Shown: positions 37,811 through 41,453 of the stretch, piece by piece | Position numbering within the stretch: position 1 is the first letter of the stretch | How the letters are laid out: the number at the start of each line of letters is the position of its first letter | Assembly: GCA_040381375.1 (NCBI GenBank) | Contig: JBEIHL010000001.1 | Coordinates: forward strand, 1-41,453 | Direction: 5' to 3' | From: Opitutaceae bacterium | GTDB taxonomy: Bacteria; Verrucomicrobiota; Verrucomicrobiia; Opitutales; Opitutaceae | DNA length: 41,453 nucleotides | Translations under genes and position numbers: made by a program | Notes under the pieces: model-generated | Seen by the model: only the letters and a program-made list of their open reading frames with translations | What the model was told of the DNA's origin: nothing | Databases searched by the model: none

Positions 37811-39052
37811 ATGGAACCTATGCTCTCCCGTTCGCAAGCTTTGGTGGTGCTGAATGCGTTGCCGCATCTTGGACCGATCACGGCGAATCGGCTGCTGGAG
37901 GCCTGCGGTGGCGATCCGGTGGCCGTGCTGACGACGGACCCCGCAGCCCTGCGCTCGGTGCGAGGGGTCGGACCGGTGATCGCGGAGACGCTCGTGGCGT
38001 GGAGATCCCATGTGGATCTCGCGGCGGAGGAACGCGGCCTGCGGGCGAACCGGGCGACCTTCCTCGCGGCTGAGGATGAAGGATATCCCATCCTGCTGCG
38101 GGAGATTCACGATCCGCCGATCGGGCTTTACTGTCGCGGTCGGTATGAGCCGGCGCAGACCAGCGTGGCGATCGTGGGATCCCGGCGCACGACCCAGTAC
38201 GGACTCGCGACGGCACGGCGGCTGGGCGGTGAGCTGGCGCGCCGGGGTTTCTGCGTCGTGAGCGGCTTGGCGCGCGGTATCGACACGGCGGCTCACGAAG
38301 GCGCGCTGGATGCTGGTGGCCGCACCGTCGCGGTGCTCGGGACGGGTGTGGACCTCGTCTATCCGCCGGAGAACCGGACCCTGACGGAGCGAATTGCGCG
38401 CGAGGGCGCGCTCCTTTCGGAATTTCGTTTGGGGCGTCCAGCGGACCGGCAGTCCTTCGCGATGCGCAATCGCATCGTGGCCGGCATGAGTGCGGCGATT
38501 GTGGTGGTGGAGAGCGACGTCGATGGTGGCTCGATGATCACCGCGCGCTTCGCCGCCGAGCAGGGTCGCGTCGTCTTGGCGGTGCCGGGGCGGATTGATC
38601 AGCCCACCAGTGCCGGGTGCCACCAACTCATCCGCGACGGTGCCGTGCTGCTGACCTCGGCGGAGGATGTGGTCGACGAACTCAGCTACCTGCGCGGACT
38701 GAGGCCGGGGCCGATCCCGGACAATCCGGCGCGCGGCGTGGTGCGGGTTGACCGGTCGGAGGGCGACGACATTCCCGACGGCGTTGACTCGCCTTCCGGC
38801 GACTCCGCTTTGCCGGCGGAGGCGGCGGTGCTCGAACTGTTCCGGGGTGGGGCGATTCTTGCGACGGAGGAGATTGCCAGCGCGCTGGGTTGGTCGGCGG
38901 AACGAGCGATGGCGGTGACCCTCCGCCTCGAGCTCAGCGGGAGTCTGATCAAGCGCGCGGATGGGCGGAATGAGGAGGTCGCGCGGGGCGGAGGCATTCC
39001 GGGAAGCGAGAAAAATGTGGGGACGAGTCGCCACGCCGAGGAAATTACCTAG
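37811..39052 (+). CDS. dprA: DNA-processing protein DprA (Smf)
   Basis: YPILLREIHDPP, VAIVGSR, VSGLARGIDTAAH, RNRIVAG, GSMITA and AVPGRI, with a C-terminal wHTH. Confidence 0.94.
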   Translation: MEPMLSRSQALVVLNALPHLGPITANRLLEACGGDPVAVLTTDPAALRSVRGVGPVIAETLVAWRSHVDLAAEERGLRANRATFLAAEDEGYPILLREIHDPPIGLYCRGRYEPAQTSVAIVGSRRTTQYGLATARRLGGELARRGFCVVSGLARGIDTAAHEGALDAGGRTVAVLGTGVDLVYPPENRTLTERIAREGALLSEFRLGRPADRQSFAMRNRIVAGMSAAIVVVESDVDGGSMITARFAAEQGRVVLAVPGRIDQPTSAGCHQLIRDGAVLLTSAEDVVDELSYLRGLRPGPIPDNPARGVVRVDRSEGDDIPDGVDSPSGDSALPAEAAVLELFRGGAILATEEIASALGWSAERAMAVTLRLELSGSLIKRADGRNEEVARGGGIPGSEKNVGTSRHAEEIT

Positions 39053-39062
39053 GCTCCTCGGC

Positions 39063-41240
39063 ATGATTCGTTTACTTCTGATCCTGTTGGTTTCCTTGGT
39101 CGCCGGGGTTTCTGCAGTGTCCGCATTCGGCCGGCAGCCCTTGGCGGTCTTAACGGCCGCGGCTCCGACCGGCGTTGCACCGGCGGTGGGCGCGGCCACG
39201 GCTGCGGCCCCTCGCGCGATTACGCACGAGGACCTGTGGTTGATGAAGCGCGTGGGTGCGCCGGTACTCAGCCCGGATGGCACCCGCGTGGTGTTTTCGG
39301 TGACGGACCCGGCGTACGACCCGAAGGAGCAGGCGAGTGACCTCTGGCTCGTTGCGACGGACGGGACGTCGCCGCCGCATCGGCTGACGCACAGTCGCGG
39401 CGCGGAGTCGGGAGCCACGTGGAGTCCGGACGGGAGCCGACTGGCCTTCTCGGCGAAGCGGGACGGCGATGAGGCGACGCAGGTCTATGTGTTGAATCTG
39501 GAGACCGGCGGCGAAGCGGAGCGGATCACGCAGCTCTCCACCGGAGCGCGCGGACCGCAGTGGAGCCCGGATGGGGAGCGCATCCTCTTTTCCAGCGACG
39601 TCTACCCGGGCGCGAAGGATGACGCGGCGAACCAGCGCGCCGCGAAGGAGCGCAAAGATCGTCGGTGGACCGCGCGCGTGTACGACGGTTTTCCCATTCG
39701 CTACTGGGATCAGTGGCTGGATGATCGCCGCCCGTCGCTCTTCGTCCAGGAGGCGCGCGCGGGGGCAGTGGCGCGGGACATTCTTGCTGGGTCGCAACTC
39801 GTCGCGAAACGCGGCTTCGCGGGACGGCTCTCGGATGCTGGGCAGAGCCTTTCGGCCGCGTGGACGCCTGATGGTGAGGGCGTGGTCTTCGTCGCGACGA
39901 CCGAGCGCGATCGCGCGGCGTACGCGGACACCAGCACGCAGCTCTACTTGGTCGGACTCAAGGGAGGGGAGCCGCAGGTGCTGACGGCGGGCTCGGATGG
40001 TTTCGGCGGGCCTGTCTTCACTCCGGATGGGCGCCATCTCCTCGTCAGCTTCAGCCCGGGCGGGGACGGGAAGAACTACCATCACAGCCGCGTCGTTTCG
40101 TTTCCCTGGCCGATGCAAGGGGCGACGCGCGTTGACCTCACGGCGTCGCTGGACCTGTCGATTGCGGATTTCGTGCTGCTCGCGGACGGGCGGACCGTCC
40201 TGCTGGCGGCGGAGGAAGGCGCGCAGACGCGCCTTTTCAGCGTACCGGTGACCGGTGGCCCGGTGACCCCGCGTCCCCTGCAGGGTGCCGGCGTGATCTC
40301 ATCGCTGGCGGCGGAGGCTGGGCGGATCGTCGCTTCCTCCGAAAGTGCGCTGAGCCCGCCTGAGTTGGTCGAACTCGAGCTCGCAACCGGCGCGCGCAAG
40401 CCGCTGACCCGCTTCAACGCGGAACGCCTCGCCCCGCTGGACCGGCGTCCACTGGAATCCTTCACCGTGACGAGTGCCCTGGGACGTCCGGTCGAGACCC
40501 TGGTGCTGCGACCGGCGGGGTTTGATCCCGCGCGGCGTTATCCCGTGCTCGTGGTGATCCACGGTGGCCCGGCGCCGCAGTTCCGCGATGCCTGGAGCGT
40601 GCGCTGGAATTACCAACTCCTCGCGGCGCCCGGGTACGTACTCGTGATGACGAACTACTCCGGCTCACGCGGCTACACCGAGGCCTTCGGCCAGGCGATC
40701 CAAGGCGATCCCCTCAAGACGCCCGCGGACGAAATCAATCAAGGCCTCGACGAGGCGCTGCGTCGCTATCCCTTCCTTGACGGTGACCGCGTCGCGGCGG
40801 CGGGAGCGAGCTACGGCGGGCACCTGGTGAACTGGCTGCAGGCGACGACGACCCGCTACCGCGCGTTCGTGTCGCATGCTGGCCTCGTGAACTTGGAGTC
40901 GCAGTGGGCGACGAGCGACGTCATCTACCACCGAGAAGTCGGCAGTGGCGGTCCCGTGTGGGAGCAGGGCCCGGTCTGGCGGGAGCAGAATCCGGTGCGC
41001 CTCGCGGGCAATCACGCGAAAGGCACGGGCTGGCGGACCCCGATGCTGCTGACCATCGGTGAGAATGACTTCCGAGTTCCGCTGAACAACACGCTGGAGA
41101 ATTGGAGCTTCCACCAGCGCCTGCAGATCCCGAGCCGCCTGATCGTCTTCCCCGACGAGAATCACTGGATTCTCAAGGGGGAGAACAGCCGTTTCTGGTA
41201 CCGCGAGGTGCAGGGCTGGCTGGCGCAGTGGCTCAAGTGA
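39063..41240 (+). CDS. S9 family (prolyl oligopeptidase/acylaminoacyl peptidase-like) secreted serine peptidase
   Basis: Signal peptide from ATG 39063, WSPDG propeller repeats, IHGGP, and catalytic triad motifs GASYGG, NDFRVP and DENHW. Confidence 0.93.
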   Translation: MIRLLLILLVSLVAGVSAVSAFGRQPLAVLTAAAPTGVAPAVGAATAAAPRAITHEDLWLMKRVGAPVLSPDGTRVVFSVTDPAYDPKEQASDLWLVATDGTSPPHRLTHSRGAESGATWSPDGSRLAFSAKRDGDEATQVYVLNLETGGEAERITQLSTGARGPQWSPDGERILFSSDVYPGAKDDAANQRAAKERKDRRWTARVYDGFPIRYWDQWLDDRRPSLFVQEARAGAVARDILAGSQLVAKRGFAGRLSDAGQSLSAAWTPDGEGVVFVATTERDRAAYADTSTQLYLVGLKGGEPQVLTAGSDGFGGPVFTPDGRHLLVSFSPGGDGKNYHHSRVVSFPWPMQGATRVDLTASLDLSIADFVLLADGRTVLLAAEEGAQTRLFSVPVTGGPVTPRPLQGAGVISSLAAEAGRIVASSESALSPPELVELELATGARKPLTRFNAERLAPLDRRPLESFTVTSALGRPVETLVLRPAGFDPARRYPVLVVIHGGPAPQFRDAWSVRWNYQLLAAPGYVLVMTNYSGSRGYTEAFGQAIQGDPLKTPADEINQGLDEALRRYPFLDGDRVAAAGASYGGHLVNWLQATTTRYRAFVSHAGLVNLESQWATSDVIYHREVGSGGPVWEQGPVWREQNPVRLAGNHAKGTGWRTPMLLTIGENDFRVPLNNTLENWSFHQRLQIPSRLIVFPDENHWILKGENSRFWYREVQGWLAQWLK

Positions 41241-41279
41241 GCCGCGGGGCCGGAGGTCCTTCGCGGACGTGCTCCGACC

Positions 41280-41453
41280 TCACGCCTTTGCCGGTGCCGT
41301 TGCGGGGGTGACGCGGAGCGCGGGCCGCCGCGCGCGCACGATCAGGAAGTACGGTGCGACCTCGCCGTCGCGGAGCGTCGGACGCTCGGCGACGGCGGCG
41401 GCGGACGGGCGCGGCTCGGCGCAGCGCTCGATCACGAGGCCGGCGTCGACCAG
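41280..41453 (-). CDS. 3' end of a probable class I SAM-dependent methyltransferase (partial)
   Basis: Manual translation LVDAGLVIERCAEPRP...APYFLIVRARRP...AKA* resembles the last two strands of class I methyltransferases. The 5' part lies outside the window. Confidence 0.45.
   Translation of the reverse strand: MVDAGLVIERCAEPRPSAAAVAERPTLRDGEVAPYFLIVRARRPALRVTPATAPAKA

Noticed and set aside
38960-39052. Extended DprA C-terminus and upstream start of the S9 peptidase at 38961
   Set aside because: The peptidase signal peptide starts at 39063, which removes the overlap. The short DprA tail cannot be interpreted without an alignment.
28495-39418. Long alternative-frame ORFs (28495-30147, 31963-33366, 37643-39418 and similar)
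   Set aside because: They are Arg/Gly/Ala-rich shadows opposite well-supported genes, as expected in high-GC DNA.

Overview
This GC-rich bacterial window looks like Verrucomicrobia/Opitutaceae, an inference from the short EF-Ts and the GntR-LacI fusion regulator. It has three parts. (1) Bases 1-21.3 kb are a visibly less GC-rich defence island that ends at the 3' end of an initiator-type tRNA-Met. It holds a partial PLD-nuclease/SF2-helicase gene, a coupled GIY-YIG nuclease + DGQHR (DndB-like) pair, and an HNH nuclease gene broken by one TAG. It also holds a complete seven-gene Ssp-type DNA phosphorothioation operon (DUF4007 SspB, ATPase SspC, PAPS-reductase-like SspD, SspF/G/H-like restriction module, cysteine desulfurase SspA) followed by a truncated patatin. 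(2) Core genes rpsB-tsf lead into an accessory zone (23.9-33.7 kb) with three type II toxin-antitoxin modules, an AAA_14/DUF4143 ATPase, tRNA-Ser(CGA) and several enzymes. This zone is punctuated by a ~24-bp non-palindromic intergenic repeat (14 copies in the whole window) and a ~310-bp conserved leader placed in front of two unrelated TA pairs. (3) The rest is metabolic and housekeeping genes: cyclophilin, GntR regulator, PhyH dioxygenase, SDR, dprA, an S9 peptidase and the 3' end of a probable methyltransferase. All family assignments come from motif recognition by eye; no database search was run.
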